From assembly GCF_009914755.1 (NCBI RefSeq), contig NC_060947.1: a stretch of DNA of 64,000 nucleotides. One strand, written 5' to 3'. Made by a program: the position numbers and the translations under genes. This document shows positions 27,765 through 41,006 of the stretch, piece by piece (the stretch's first letter is position 1; every line of letters begins with the position of its first letter). This DNA comes from the human T2T-CHM13v2.0 reference genome, Homo sapiens. Below the pieces are notes generated by a model, which did no database searches, was not told where the DNA came from, and was given only the letters and a program-made list of their open reading frames with translations.

Positions 27765-27850
27765 TGGGCACTGCACAACTCCAAGGAGTGTCATTCATAT
27801 TGATGTCAATTTGAATGGCTCTTCCTGGAGTTGTGTATAGCCATATGCAA
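27765..27850. mobile_element. MER91-like palindromic hAT-Tip100 MITE core
   Basis: tgcacaactccaaggagtgtcattcatattga / tcaatttgaatggctcttcctggagttgtgta form inverted arms. Confidence 0.75.
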
Positions 27851-27877
27851 TAATTAATAGAGTATTTTTATGCTAAG

Positions 27878-28250
27878 TGTATATGGTAAGATGAGTCTGG
27901 TAGCAAATAACAGAAACCAAATCTGTCTGCCTTCAGATTCAAGGGGATTAATGGGAAGGACATCAGAGGTTCATGACAATGATATGGGGCTGGAGGAGAG
28001 CCAGGGCATTTTGGCAGGTTACAGAACAGGAAGTTAGAGAGCCAACTTTTAGCAGGAGCAATTTGGCCAGAGTGCTACTGACTGAGGTACAGGGTACTAC
28101 CAACATCATTGCTGTGAAATAATTGTAGCCATCTCTCATTGTTGCAGTATTTTGTTCTATATTCAATCTTCTAGGTGAGAAGCCTCTCACCAAGCCTGAG
28201 CTGGGCTCTTCTCAATGGAAAGTCTACAGAGTAGAGATTATCCTCAAAAT
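27878..28250 (-). mobile_element. Old MLT1 (K/L/N-like) LTR fragment
   Basis: tggtagcaaataacagaaaccaaatc...aaggggattaatgggaaggacat is typical of the antisense end of old MLT1 LTRs. Confidence 0.5.
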
Positions 28251-28334
28251 TGTAAGGAGGTACTGGACATGAACAACCAAACATGAGAAATATTTTTGAA
28301 CATGACCTAAAGCTTAGACTTTATTTTCTAAGGA

Positions 28335-28534
28335 AGGAATTGGCAAACATTCTCTTAAAGGATCAGATAGTAAATAGTTTAGGCTTGCCAGCCATATGGT
28401 CTCTGTGGCATCTAATCAATTCTTGAAAGCAGCTATGCACAATACCAAATCAATGGGCATGATTATGTTCTAATAACACTTTGTTTACCAAATAGGTGGT
28501 CTGACTACTGGTATTAGCTTGCTAAAGACCCCTG
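28335..28534. mobile_element. MER58A (hAT-Charlie)
   Basis: ttggcaaacattctcttaaaggatcagatagtaaata...gccatatggtctctgtggca...gttctaataacactttgtttac...gacccctg. Confidence 0.85.
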
Positions 28535-28803
28535 TTCTCAGAGATGTGAAGGCTTTACAGAGTTGCAAGTCTTTGTCATATGTAATCAGTTGGCCCTTTC
28601 CTCTATGACTAGATGAGGTGGCAGCTATGAAAGGAACAAAAAGTCATAGTCTGTGTTCTTAATAAAGTTATACAGTAATAGATGAGGCCAAAATAAAATA
28701 TACAATAATTGTAATACTTTATTGCACATAATAACAAAATTAATTTGGAAGTATTCACATTTTCTCATCTTGCCCCCAAATTGTAGAATTACAAATCTAG
28801 TTT

Positions 28804-31396
28804 AGCCCAGGACCAGATGGATTCACAGCCGAATTCTACCACAAATTCAAAGAAGAGCTGGTACCATTCCTTCTGAAAATATTCCAAACAATTGAAAAGG
28901 GGGAACTCCTCCCTAACTCATTTTATGAAGCCAGCATCATCCTGATACCAAAACCGGGAAGAGACACAACAAATAAGAAAACTTCAGGCCAATATCCTTG
29001 ATGAACATTGATGAGAAAATCCTCAATAAAAAACTGGCAAACCGAATCCAGCAGCCCATCAAAAAACTTATCCACCACAATCAAGTTGGCTTCATCCCTG
29101 GGATGCAAGGCTGGTTAAACATATGCAAATCAATAAACATAATTCATCATATAAACAGAACCAAAGACAAAAACCACAGGATTATCTTAATAGATGCAGA
29201 AAAGGCCTTTGATACAATTCGACATTCCTTCATGTTAAAAACTCTCAATAAACTAGGCATTGATGGAACACATTTCAAAATAATAAGAGCTGCTTATGAC
29301 AAACCCAGAACCAATATCATATTGAATAGGCAAAAGCTGAAATCATTCCCTTTGAAAACCAGCACAAGACAAGGATGCCCTCTCTCACCGCTCCTATTCA
29401 ACATATTATTGGAAGTTCTGGGCAAGAGAAAGAAATAGAGTATTCAAATAGGAAGAGAGGAAGTCATGTTGCATCTGTTTGCAGGTGACATGATATTATA
29501 TTTAGAAAACCCCATCATCTCAGCCAGAAAACTTCTTGAAATGATAAGCAACTTCAGCAAAGTCTCAGGATGCAAAATCAACGTGCAAAAATCACAAGCA
29601 TTCTCTTACACCAACAATAGTCAAGCAGAAAGCCAAATCACGAATGAACTCCCATTCACAATCCCTACAAAGAGAATAAAATACCTAGGAATAGAGCTAA
29701 CAAGGAATGTGAAGGACCTCTTCAAGAAGAACTACAAACCACTGCTCAAGGAAATAAGAGAAGGCACAAACAAATGGAAAAACATTCCACCCTCATGGAC
29801 AGGAAGAATCAATATCATGAAAATGGTTATACTGGCCAAAGTAATTTATAGATTCAATGCAATTCTCATCAAACTACCACTGACATTCTTCACAGAATTA
29901 GACAAAAACTATTTTAACTTTCATGTGGAATCAAAGAAGACCCGTATAGCCAAGGCGATCCTAAACAAAAAGAACAAAGCAGGAGGCATCACACTACCTG
30001 ACTTCAAACTATACTACAATGCTACAGTAGCCAAAACAGCATGGTACTGGTACCAAAACAGACATATGGACCAATGGAGCAGAACAGAGACCTCAGAAAG
30101 AACACCACACATCTACAACCATCTGATCTTTGATAAACCTGACAAAAACAAGCAATGGGGAAAGGATCTCCTATTCAGAAAATGGTGCTGGGAAAACTGG
30201 CTAGTCATATGCAGAAAACTGAAACTGGACCCGTTCCTTACACCTTGTACAAAAATTAACTCAAGATAGATTAAAGACTTAAATGTAAAACCCAAAACCA
30301 TAAAAACCCTACAAGAAAACCTAGGCAATACCATTCAGGATGTAGGCATGGGCAAAGACTTCATGACACAAACACCAAAAACAATTGCAACAAAAGCCAA
30401 AATTGACAAATGGAATCTAATTAAACTAAAGAGCTTCTGCACAGCAAAAGGAACTAGCATCAGAGAGAACAGGCAACATACAGAATGGGAGAAATTTTTT
30501 GCAATCTACCCACCTGATGAAGGTCTAATATCCAGAATTTACAAGGAACTTAAACACATTTACAGGAAAAAAAAACAACCCCATCAAAAAGTGGACAAAG
30601 GATATGAGCAGACACTTCTCAAAAGAAGACATTTACACAGACAACAAACATATAAAAAATGCTCAACAGCACTGATCATCAGAGAAATGCAAATCAAAAC
30701 CACAAAGAGACACCATCTTACGCCAATCAGAATAGCGATTATTGAAAACTCAAGAAACAACAGATGCTGGCGAGGCTGTGGAGAAATAGGAACTCTTTTA
30801 CACGGTTGGTGGGAATGTAAAGTATTTCAACCATTGTGGAAGACAGTATGGCGATTCCTCAAGGATCTAGAACCAGAAATACCATTTGACCCAGCAATCC
30901 CATTACTGAGTATATACCCAAAGGAATATAAATCATGCTACTATAAAGATAAATGCACATGTATGTTTATTACAGCACTGTTTACAATAGCAAAGACATG
31001 GAAGCAACCTAAATGCCCATCAATAATGAGACTGGATAAAGAAAATGTGGTACATATACACCATGGAATACTATGCAGCCATAAAAAGGAATGAGATCAT
31101 GTCCTTTTCAGGGGCATGGATGAAGCTGGAAGCCATCATCCTCAGCAAACTAACACAGGAACAGAAAACCAAACACCGCACGTTCTCACTCATAAGTGGG
31201 AGTTGAACATTGAGAACATGAACACAGAGAGGGGAACAACACACACCAGGGCCTAGTAGGGGGTAAAGGGTGAGGGGAGGGAATTTATAGGATGGGTCAA
31301 TAGGTGCAGCAAGCCACCATGGCACACATATACCTATGTAACAAACCTGCACGTTTCCCCACTTTTTTTTTAGAAGAAATAAAGAAAATAAATAAA
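28804..31396 (+). mobile_element. L1PA (L1PA10-13 range, L1PA12-like) 5'-truncated, ORF2 RT to 3' end
   Basis: ORF2 peptides in the track ([39 protein letters not shown]); 3' end ggatgggtcaataggtgcagc...ttttttttagaagaaataaag. Confidence 0.93.
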
Positions 31397-31927
31397 CTGT
31401 GGCTTGGAGATATGTTTGCCACAATGGAGTTTTCATTTAAGGAAGTCTGCCTGTATCCTACACCAAGCATGTAATACAACTCATATTCATAGAAATTGTC
31501 ATTAAAGCATAATCACAGTGGAAAATCAACAACTCATCACCCACTCTCTAAAACCTTCTCTCCAGTATCCTCTCCTTGTGTTCCTTTCACTTACCCAAGT
31601 ACTTCACTATGTAAAGTTCCTCTAAGAACAGAGTTTAAGGCATGGCCATCACAAAGTTGAGTGTGAACAATAGGTGAGATCCCTAATGAATAGTTATACT
31701 CCCTTTAAGAAGTCTAAACAATTCCTAGAATCAAGTGGAAGAAAAAAGGTTTGGCTTATCTTCTCTTAAAAATGTCTTAAAGATCCAGTCCATACAGTTT
31801 CCATATGGTTGAAAGCAGGTTGATTTGAAGAGGGAACTATGGGTTTTTATGGGGTTTTTGTTTGTTGTTTGGTGTGTGTGCCTGCATGTGCAATGATGTT
31901 CTCATTTGTGTGTGTGTTTCAATTTAA

Positions 31928-32320
<393 letters not shown>

Positions 32321-33164
32321 GACTTGAGACTTTTAAAAGCTCACCAAGCTACTCAATTACTGTTTTTCACATTTGAAAAATAAATGAAGCTTTTTCTAAC
32401 TTTAAAGTTATATGATAATATGGTCATTTTCAGTTTTAACTCTTTAATAAAGATTCCCCATCTAAACTCTTATTTATTTCTAAATTCCTATGAGTAAGTA
32501 GATAGTTGATTATTTGAAACTTTCACTGATTGGGTCCTTTCCACTCAAATAAAGCCAACTGATCCACAGAAATATACTTAAACCGTCCAGAAGACAGATC
32601 TAAATGTCTCCCTACAATCATTGTATAATAATATATCTTTAATAAAATTCTCTGTAAAATTGATTACTAGGAGGTCTTAAGTGTTTCACAAGCCTAAATA
32701 TGTTAATTAAAGACGTAAAATGTGTGTTTCATTGTTTGGTTTTTATATGTTTTATTTTTATTAAGCTATTTGCTAGAAAAAATATGTTTCTACAAATAGT
32801 GTGCACACCATACCGTGCATCAAAAGTGGAAGTTATTTTGGCAAGAACAGAATCCTCATTAGCAGTTAGCACTTCCCAGTAAATTTTCAATAATATTAAA
32901 ATTAGCTATGGATGCATTTATGATACTGTCTTTGTTCACCTTTTATAACTTAAAGCCACTAGAAATTGTTTTCAAAATATATATATAAATATTCATGAAT
33001 TACTTTATTAGTATTTTTCATAACTGAAAGATCTGTCTCAAGTCCCACTTGTCTTACCTCTTCAATAATAGGCGATAAGTGATGTATTGTCATTTTTGCA
33101 AGCCCAAATGTTTCACATTTGTGAAAGGAAAATTGTGACCAGGAGAATTTGTGATGTGACTTTA

Positions 33165-33310
33165 TATAAAAATATATGTGTGTAAATAACTATGTGTGTG
33201 TATATACACACATATATATTCATATATGTACACACATACACATATATGTGCATAAATTCTGTATGTGTGCAAACATATATGTGTGTGTGTTCATACATAT
33301 ATATATCCAC
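33165..33310. repeat. (TA/TG/CA) low-complexity tract
   Basis: Directly visible. Confidence 0.85.
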
Positions 33311-34077
33311 CCATCTTTCCACTCACCCATCCATATATCTATTAATTTAGCTTGCTATCTTCCTGTATACAGTATTACTACAATGATAAAATGGGATCAG
33401 AGTTTCAAAAAATTTAGAATTCAAAAGATCCTAGCAGGTAACTTGGAGACAAAGAATTTTATTCCCAGAGCTCTAACACTCCAAGAGAGAATCGGTACTA
33501 AGAACCCAGTGGGAAAATAATCCACATGTACTGATTCCCAGTTCAATTTCATTCCCCAGCACTACACTGTCTTTGCACAGATATTTGATATAAAGATAGA
33601 TATATACTGAACCTTAGAAAATAGTGTCAGTAGTAAAACTACTTTATGTGCTGAATACCCTGCTGTCAACAAGATTTTCATTTGAGTTTTGAAATTTACT
33701 GATGATTACTGTCAGTCCCACCTCCACCTCCTGTCTCTCCTCCTAGGCATTTTTCAATATGAGGAGGACTTCCTGTCAGATATCAATCAGTTCTTCCAAC
33801 CAGAATTATCTATTAAAGTATTGTCTTTAAATCAGAGAAAATTGATGTTTATGTCAAAGACAGCTTTGCTGACTCACATACAAAAATTACAAATAGCATT
33901 TGTCTGCTCTATCCTCAGCTATATGATAACTAGATAAGTGGAATATTCTTTCTACCATAATTTTGTTTTATAGCAAGACACAGGTACTAATTCCATGCAG
34001 TACATGCCTAGTGTAATGATAAACAGATGATCCCTAGCATAGCTAAACACTTTAAAGAAATTTCTTTCTCAAGTAAG

Positions 34078-34111
<34 letters not shown>

Positions 34112-34158
34112 ACAATAGAAGAGTTTTGATCTGCCCCTGTCATCCCCAACTGAATTAG

Positions 34159-34481
<323 letters not shown>

Positions 34482-34973
34482 GATTTCCATTCTTTATGTT
34501 TCCAGCTTATCTATTTCCCAAAGACCAGGTCATATCTGATTACCTTACAGTCTATGAATATATTTTTGTGTGTGTGAAGAGTGGGTCTACAGTAGGAATA
34601 AAGTTTGCCTATAGTCATTTTCTATGTTGCTCTAAAATTATTCTAAACTCCTCTAATAAAAACTTACAAAGAAACCAGACAAATGTGCATATGGATATGA
34701 CTATGAACTAGGAAACATCCAGATGCCTTGGAAAACCCTAAGAGAAGAAGGAATAACTCACGATATGTGGAAATGCAAGTAAGATAGGTGAGCTGGAAAA
34801 TATATCATCAGTATAAGCCTTAGATTTATTTTGCATAATTGAATAAAATTCTTTAAAAATAAAAAGGTGAGTGTTTTAATTAAACTTGACAAGTGACAAT
34901 TAAGTTAAACATAATCTTTTGTTTACAATCACTTTGATTGGAGACAGAAGGAAATTAGAAATTAAAGTTTGTT

Positions 34974-35444
<471 letters not shown>

Positions 35445-36139
35445 TCATATGTTCCCCAGTCAACAATTTTGCAGAAATAAAACATACTTGTATCTCTAAA
35501 CTCAAGATAATTTTCATAACACAATGGTTGGGGAAAATCTTGATTACATTCCAACAACATTTGGTAAGACTTCCGAATCTTGTGTAAATATTTTGAAAAG
35601 CCTGCAATGTGTCTTAGAAAGGAATGTGAAACTCTGATATTACTGGGGTTGAGAGAAGTCATGTTACTGCAAACAAAGGATTTTTGTTAACATTAAATTT
35701 GTTAATAGATTGTTAGGTGATTGGGAAATGTTGTTTTAAAATATATACACAGAAACATAATAGGTTTTTAAAACATTTGTTTTATTCCATTTCAGGATAT
35801 TTGTTGGGGTTGTTGGCAAAACATTAACTAACATTTTACAAGATAAAATAGTAAGAAATAGCTTCTTGGTTAATATGTTAAATATACTTTATATTTCAGA
35901 ACTATTTTAGGTTCACAGCAAAATTGATAGACAGTATAGAGTTTTCCCATATGTCCCCTGCTCCCACACATGCATAGCCTCCCCTATTTGGTACATTTGA
36001 TACAATTGATGAACTCACATTGACACATTAGTATAAACAATATGACTCCATAGTCCAGATGCCATAGTTTACATTATGGTTTACTTTTGGTGTTGTCAAC
36101 AATATGGGTTTGGACAAATGTATAATAACATGAAGCCAC

Positions 36140-36601
36140 TGTGAAAGAAAAATTTGAGACAAATTTAGCTGCATTTAACTGAGCAAAGAATAATTCCAGA
36201 ATTGGACAGCCCTCAGAACCAGTAAAGATTCAGAAAGCTCCACTGAGCAATGTGGGCAGGCAGTATGAAAGAGAAGGGGAGAGAAGGGGAGGGAAGGGAA
36301 GGGGAGGGGAGGGGAGGGAAGGGAAGGGGAGGGGAGGGGAGGAGAGGAGAGGGTGAAAGAGATGTACAGAGAATTTGATTGATTTTAGCTGGGTATTTGC
36401 CTTACATGTACACAGCCTGATCAATTGACCACCTGTGATTGGCTGAAGCTCAGCTGCTGTCATTGGCTGAGACTCAGCTATTTGTTACAAGAATATATTC
36501 TTAAGATAGGTTGAAGTATGTTTACATACTAAGTTAGGGTGTAGTTTGCTATGTAGGGATTCAAAGTATGAAGTCAGCTTTAGGCCAAACTTAGTTTAAC
36601 G
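36140..36601 (-). mobile_element. MER57-like (ERV1) solo LTR containing a purine microsatellite
   Basis: Ends cagctttaggccaaacttagtttaac (antisense of a tgttaaa..aagtttggcctaaagctg start); tandem CCAAT boxes gattggctg / cattggctg. Confidence 0.75.
36267..36353. repeat. (GGGGA/GGGAA)n pure polypurine tract
   Basis: 87 bp containing only G and A. Confidence 0.95.
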
Positions 36602-36799
36602 GCATCATTATAGTATCATACACAGTAGTTTCACCGCCCTAAGCACATCTGTGTTCCTCAATTTCCTGGTTAATATTTTGATACAAATTGTCTTATGATC
36701 ATGAATGGATTCCTAATGTTAAACAGGAGATACTTTTACAAATAATATTTTGTTTACTTTGTTTTACAAAAATATCATCTTATCTTTACCACAACACAT

Positions 36800-36920
36800 T
36801 AATTTAGTTATTATTACCATTTGCAAATAAGGGAACTGAGGCTAAGAGAGGTTAAATAACTTGCGCATGGTCACATAGCTCATGAGTGGAGGAGATCAGA
36901 ATCCAATTCAATAGCTCCGA
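36800..36920 (-). mobile_element. MIR
   Basis: ccatttgcaaataagggaactgaggctaagagaggttaaataacttgcgcatggtcacatagct core. Confidence 0.85.
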
Positions 36921-37031
36921 AAGTTTTAAATACGTAGGAGTACTAAGTTCAACCAATCAAATATTTATTAAGTTTCTACTGTATGTAACATTTGCTATTA
37001 GGCATTATGGAGGGCAAAGAAAAATACCTGG

Positions 37032-37303
37032 GGTCAGGTGCAGTGGCTCACATCTGTAATCCCAGTGCTTTGGGAGGTTAACGGCGGAGGATCTCTTGAG
37101 GCCAGGAGTTTGAGACCAGCCTAGGCTACATATGGAGAGTCTAAATCTACAAAAATAATTAAAAAATTAGCCAATCTTGGTGGCACATGCCTGTAGTCCT
37201 TGCTACTCAGGAGGCTGAGGTGGAAGCATCATTTGAGACCAGGAGTTTGAGGCTGCAGTGAGCTATGTTCATGTTAATGCACTCCAGCCTGGGTAATGGA
37301 GTG
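37032..37303 (+). mobile_element. AluJ lacking its 3' tail, within L2 remnants (36945-37920)
   Basis: gaggatctcttgaggccaggagtttgag and ggagtttgaggctgcagtgagctatg are J-type features; similarity stops after gcctgggtaatggagtg. Confidence 0.88.
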
Positions 37304-37982
37304 TTTTTGCATTACTGGAGTTTCCCATCAAGTAGAAGGAAAGTGCATACATTTCTTTATTATAAAGATCTAAAAGGAGATTTAAAAGTTAGGAAGATGA
37401 AAAATGGCAAGTACTTATGCAAACAGGAGTTTTATAGGCCATCTTGATGAAAACTATATTTAATATAGGACTTGAAGAATATAGATCTTGCATAGGAATT
37501 TGATATGAGCTAGGGCATAAAGGGTAGGACATTGCAACCACAGCCTACAATGGGAACAAAGGCCTGGAAGCAATGGTGTCATATCAGGGAGATGTAGGCA
37601 TGCATATCCTCAGAAGCACCTTCCTTTTTTCTTTCCTTCTTTTCTTCCTCTCTTCCCCCATTTATTTATCTACCCAGAACGTGTTTATTTAATATCCACT
37701 ATGTTTCAGGAACTGAATAGTAAAACACAGATTGATCCATTCTTAGTATACACACATTTTTTTTTTATTGGAGGAAGGGGTAGAGATCTGTGATAGAGCA
37801 TAGCAAGCAAAATTTTATTTTAGATGAGCTGGTCAGGAAGGTCTCTCCATGGAAATGACGTTTAAGCTGAGACGTGAACGATGAAAATGCAGTAATATTG
37901 GGAAAATCAGAATGACATTAGGAAGGACTTGCACATTTTCTTTTATTCTATATACAATAAGCTTTCAAAGATGTTTGAAGAG

Positions 37983-38520
37983 TCTGATGGTTAATATTGA
38001 GTGTCAACTTGATTGGATTGAAGGATGCAAAGTATTGTTCCTGAGTGTGTTTGTGAGAGTGTTGCCAACAGAGATTCACATTTGGGTCAGTGGATTGGAA
38101 GAGGCACACCCACCGTCAGCCTGGGTGGGCACCATCTAATCAGCTACAAGTGTGGCTAGGATAAAATCAGGCAGAAGAATGTGGAAGGACTAGATTGGCT
38201 GTCTCCCAACCTTCATCTTTCTCCCGTGCTGAATGCTTCCTGCCGTCGAACATCGGACTACAAGTTCTTCAGCTTTTGGACTCTTAGACTTACATAAGTG
38301 ACTTCCCAAGGGGCTCTCGGGCTTTTGGCCACAGACTGAAGGCTGCTCTGTCAGCTTCCCTACTTTTGAGGTTTTAGGACTTCTTGCTTCTCAGCTTGCA
38401 GACAGCATATTGTGGGACTTCACCTTATGATCGTGTGACTCAATACTCCTTAATAAACTCCCTTTCATATATATATATATCCCATTAGTCCTGTCCTTCT
38501 AGAGAACTCTGACTAATACA
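37983..38520 (+). mobile_element. MLT2A1/MLT2A2 (HERV-L) solo LTR
   Basis: tgatggttaatattgagtgtcaacttgattggattgaaggatgcaaagtattgttcctg...ctagagaactctgactaataca; TSD-like aagag/aagac. Confidence 0.93.
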
Positions 38521-39206
38521 AAGACAGAGATTATAGTCTAATGGAGGAAGTAGGAATTTGTGTTTCCCCTGAAAAATAAAAAGTCTCCAGGAAATGACAC
38601 CATAATGGAGCCCAACTTTTCCACCCATTGCAAATGCCACTTTTTAAAAAAATGACTATCTCCCTTTGGTCAATCTGTAGTGCACTAAATTTGTTGAAGG
38701 CTGTGGGCACTAAGAACTAAGCAGAAGAAGCAACTTGATTATAGTAGAGTAGTTTGAATTTAAGCAAAATTCTGTCCTTGAAATATACAGATGTTTTTGT
38801 AATAGAATTTGAAAATTTTGTGGGTTTCTTTGAATAATGAACCCAGACCCTGCACCCAGTTACTCTCCTTAAGAGCTATTATGACACCTAATTAGTACCA
38901 TAAAATGGAGAGTACACTTAACATAGATGTGAAGTAAACAATTGCCCACACCAGACCCTGTTATATCTGCTGGTGGAAATGCAGCTCTTCCCCCTGGGTG
39001 AAAGAGGCAACCGTGCTCTTTGTGACTGGAGGTTGTTGAACAAAATCAGCAACCTCACTACAACATGATCATGTAAAGTGCTGGGCCTGAAGAATAACTA
39101 ATAATAATGGTTAACCATTTATTCTCCCTTGAGCTCAGTATCCCATCCTCTCCTCCTCTTTCTACTAGGCTTAGGAAAAGCAGAAGATAGGTTTAAAACT
39201 TGTTTT

Positions 39207-39341
39207 CAGGGCCAAAATGTTCAAATGTACAGGTTGTGTGCTGAGTATATCTAAGGTGTGTCATTCACTTTATTGTTTATATGAATAGTGCCTCCTGAGG
39301 TTCTATAATGCACAATCCATGAATCTGTATATGACTTCCTG
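39207..39341. mobile_element. MER91A-like hAT-Tip100 element
   Basis: cagggcca...tgtacaggttgtgtgctg...gtcattcact...atgaatagtgcctcctgaggtt...tgcacaatcc...cctg. Confidence 0.65.
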
Positions 39342-39984
39342 CTTGACTTGATTTTATTCATATATTATGGGCCTTTATGTTGATCATTCATTTTTACATT
39401 CTATGCATTTTGAGTAATACAAACCTAGTATTGGTTTCATCACTGAAGCCACAAAACTGGGTTTTAGCTATCTCAATATATCTATATTTACATATAGGCA
39501 ACAAGCAAAATTATATACATATGGCATATAATTTTATTTATTTCTCATAACAATACTAAGAAGAGGGTTTTTTATTATAAACAATGAGACATTTGCAGAG
39601 ATGTGAAGTAACTTCCTAGTGAACAACAGAGCTGAACCATGGCTCAGAGAACCATATAAGATAGCTGAAAAGTGAAGAAAGGCTAGAAGCAACACATTCA
39701 CAGAGTCAGCAGTAATAGAAAACTCATCAAGAAAATAAATCTGGATAGAGCCAGGAAAAAAAAAGAAATCAGAAGTGGGATGAAATTTTGCAATATAATC
39801 ACATTTTTATTTCTATAATTAGATGTAAGCATAAGGAAGAGATAAAGATAATTCCCGTGTCAAGCCTATGTAAGTGGAAGGCTTAAGATATGTTAACCTG
39901 AGTCTCATGTTTTGATTGAAAACAACCACCTGTATCTATTCCATAGGCCTTGTTTAAATCTAAACATATTCTTTATCACTGTAA

Positions 39985-40147
39985 CTCTAGGAAAATGACT
40001 TTATTTTCCTTGGCCTCAATGCCTTCATCTGCAACATGAGAGTAGTAATATCTACCTCGCATGGGACTTGAAATCAAATAAGTAAGACACAAGCAGAGTC
40101 TCCAGCATTTATAGTCACTCAATGAATAACTATTAATGTTATCATTA
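39985..40147 (+). mobile_element. MIR
   Basis: ggcctcaatgccttcatctgcaacatgagagtagtaatatctacctcgcatgg...cactcaatgaataactatt. Confidence 0.8.
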
Positions 40148-40344
40148 ATCTCTGGTATGGGAAAACTATTATATAATAAAATGATCTGTAATTCATTATT
40201 TTGAAAATCAAATAGAATGCAAATAATTTCAAATACTACACCCTTCCTTTTTTAATTCTCACCCCGCAAGAGTTGTGCTTCAGACAACAAAAAGAGAGTA
40301 ATTTCTACTTCAACTGAAAGTAATCTTAATAAGTTTTTTCATCA

Positions 40345-41006
40345 TGTGCCACCATATGCTAAATATGACCATAAATCTTCACTACCCCTCCAATTGAAAG
40401 ATAGAGTATTATCTTTTACTTTTGAGTTTGGGCTAACCTAGTGACTTGCTTGCTCAAACGAATGCAACAGAAAAGGTGTTCTTGAAATTCTAAGGCCAGG
40501 CCATAGGAAATATGACAGTTACCACCCAAGCCTCTTGTAATGCTCACTCTGGGGGAAGCCAGTCACTAACAATTCCAACTGCTTTGAAATTTCCAAATTA
40601 TGAGGAATCCCAACCTGCATGGAAAATTTTCATAAAGAACGGAAGAAAGTGTAAGGAGAGACAGAGAACAGCAGTCCACAGTTTTTTCAACTATACCAAC
40701 TCAGAGAGAAGATACGTGAGTGAAGAGGTCACCTTAAATATTCCGGCCCCAATAGATGTGATGTAAAGAGAATCTTAGACAGAACCAAGGATCCCAGACT
40801 TATAACCCAAGTTAAGTCATCTATTTTTACCTCTAGCCATTGAAGCCAGCACAGCTGAAGCCCCAGTCATTGTGGCACAGTGATAAGCCTTTCCCAGGAT
40901 GCTTGCCTTAATTTTTGACCCAAAAGTCCTGATTATAACAATTTTTTTTTCTGTCTACCATGGAATTTTGGAGTGGTTTGTCACACTGCAACAGATATCT
41001 GGGGCA
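40345..41006 (+). mobile_element. MLT1 (G/H-like) LTR
   Basis: gggctaacctagtgacttgcttgctcaaacgaatgc...tgctcactctgggggaagccag...ttttggagtggtttgtcacactgcaacagata. Confidence 0.78.

Larger units (their letters stand above)
35880..36660 (-). mobile_element. L1MC/MD 3' end split by an LTR insertion
   Basis: ttttaggttcacagcaaaattg...ggtacatttgatacaattgatgaac...ggacaaatgtataataacatg|LTR|cattatagtatcatacacagtagtttcaccgccctaa. Confidence 0.8.

Noticed and set aside
28998-31094. Long ORFs (146, 267 and 248 aa) with reverse-transcriptase motifs as a functional gene
   Set aside because: They are fragments of a 5'-truncated L1 ORF2 broken by stops and frameshifts, with the catalytic FADD motif changed to FAGD and no promoter, ORF1 or endonuclease.
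34086-34111. Isolated poly(T) run as a retrocopy tail
   Set aside because: No adjacent element body or TSD identified; treated as a simple mononucleotide repeat.
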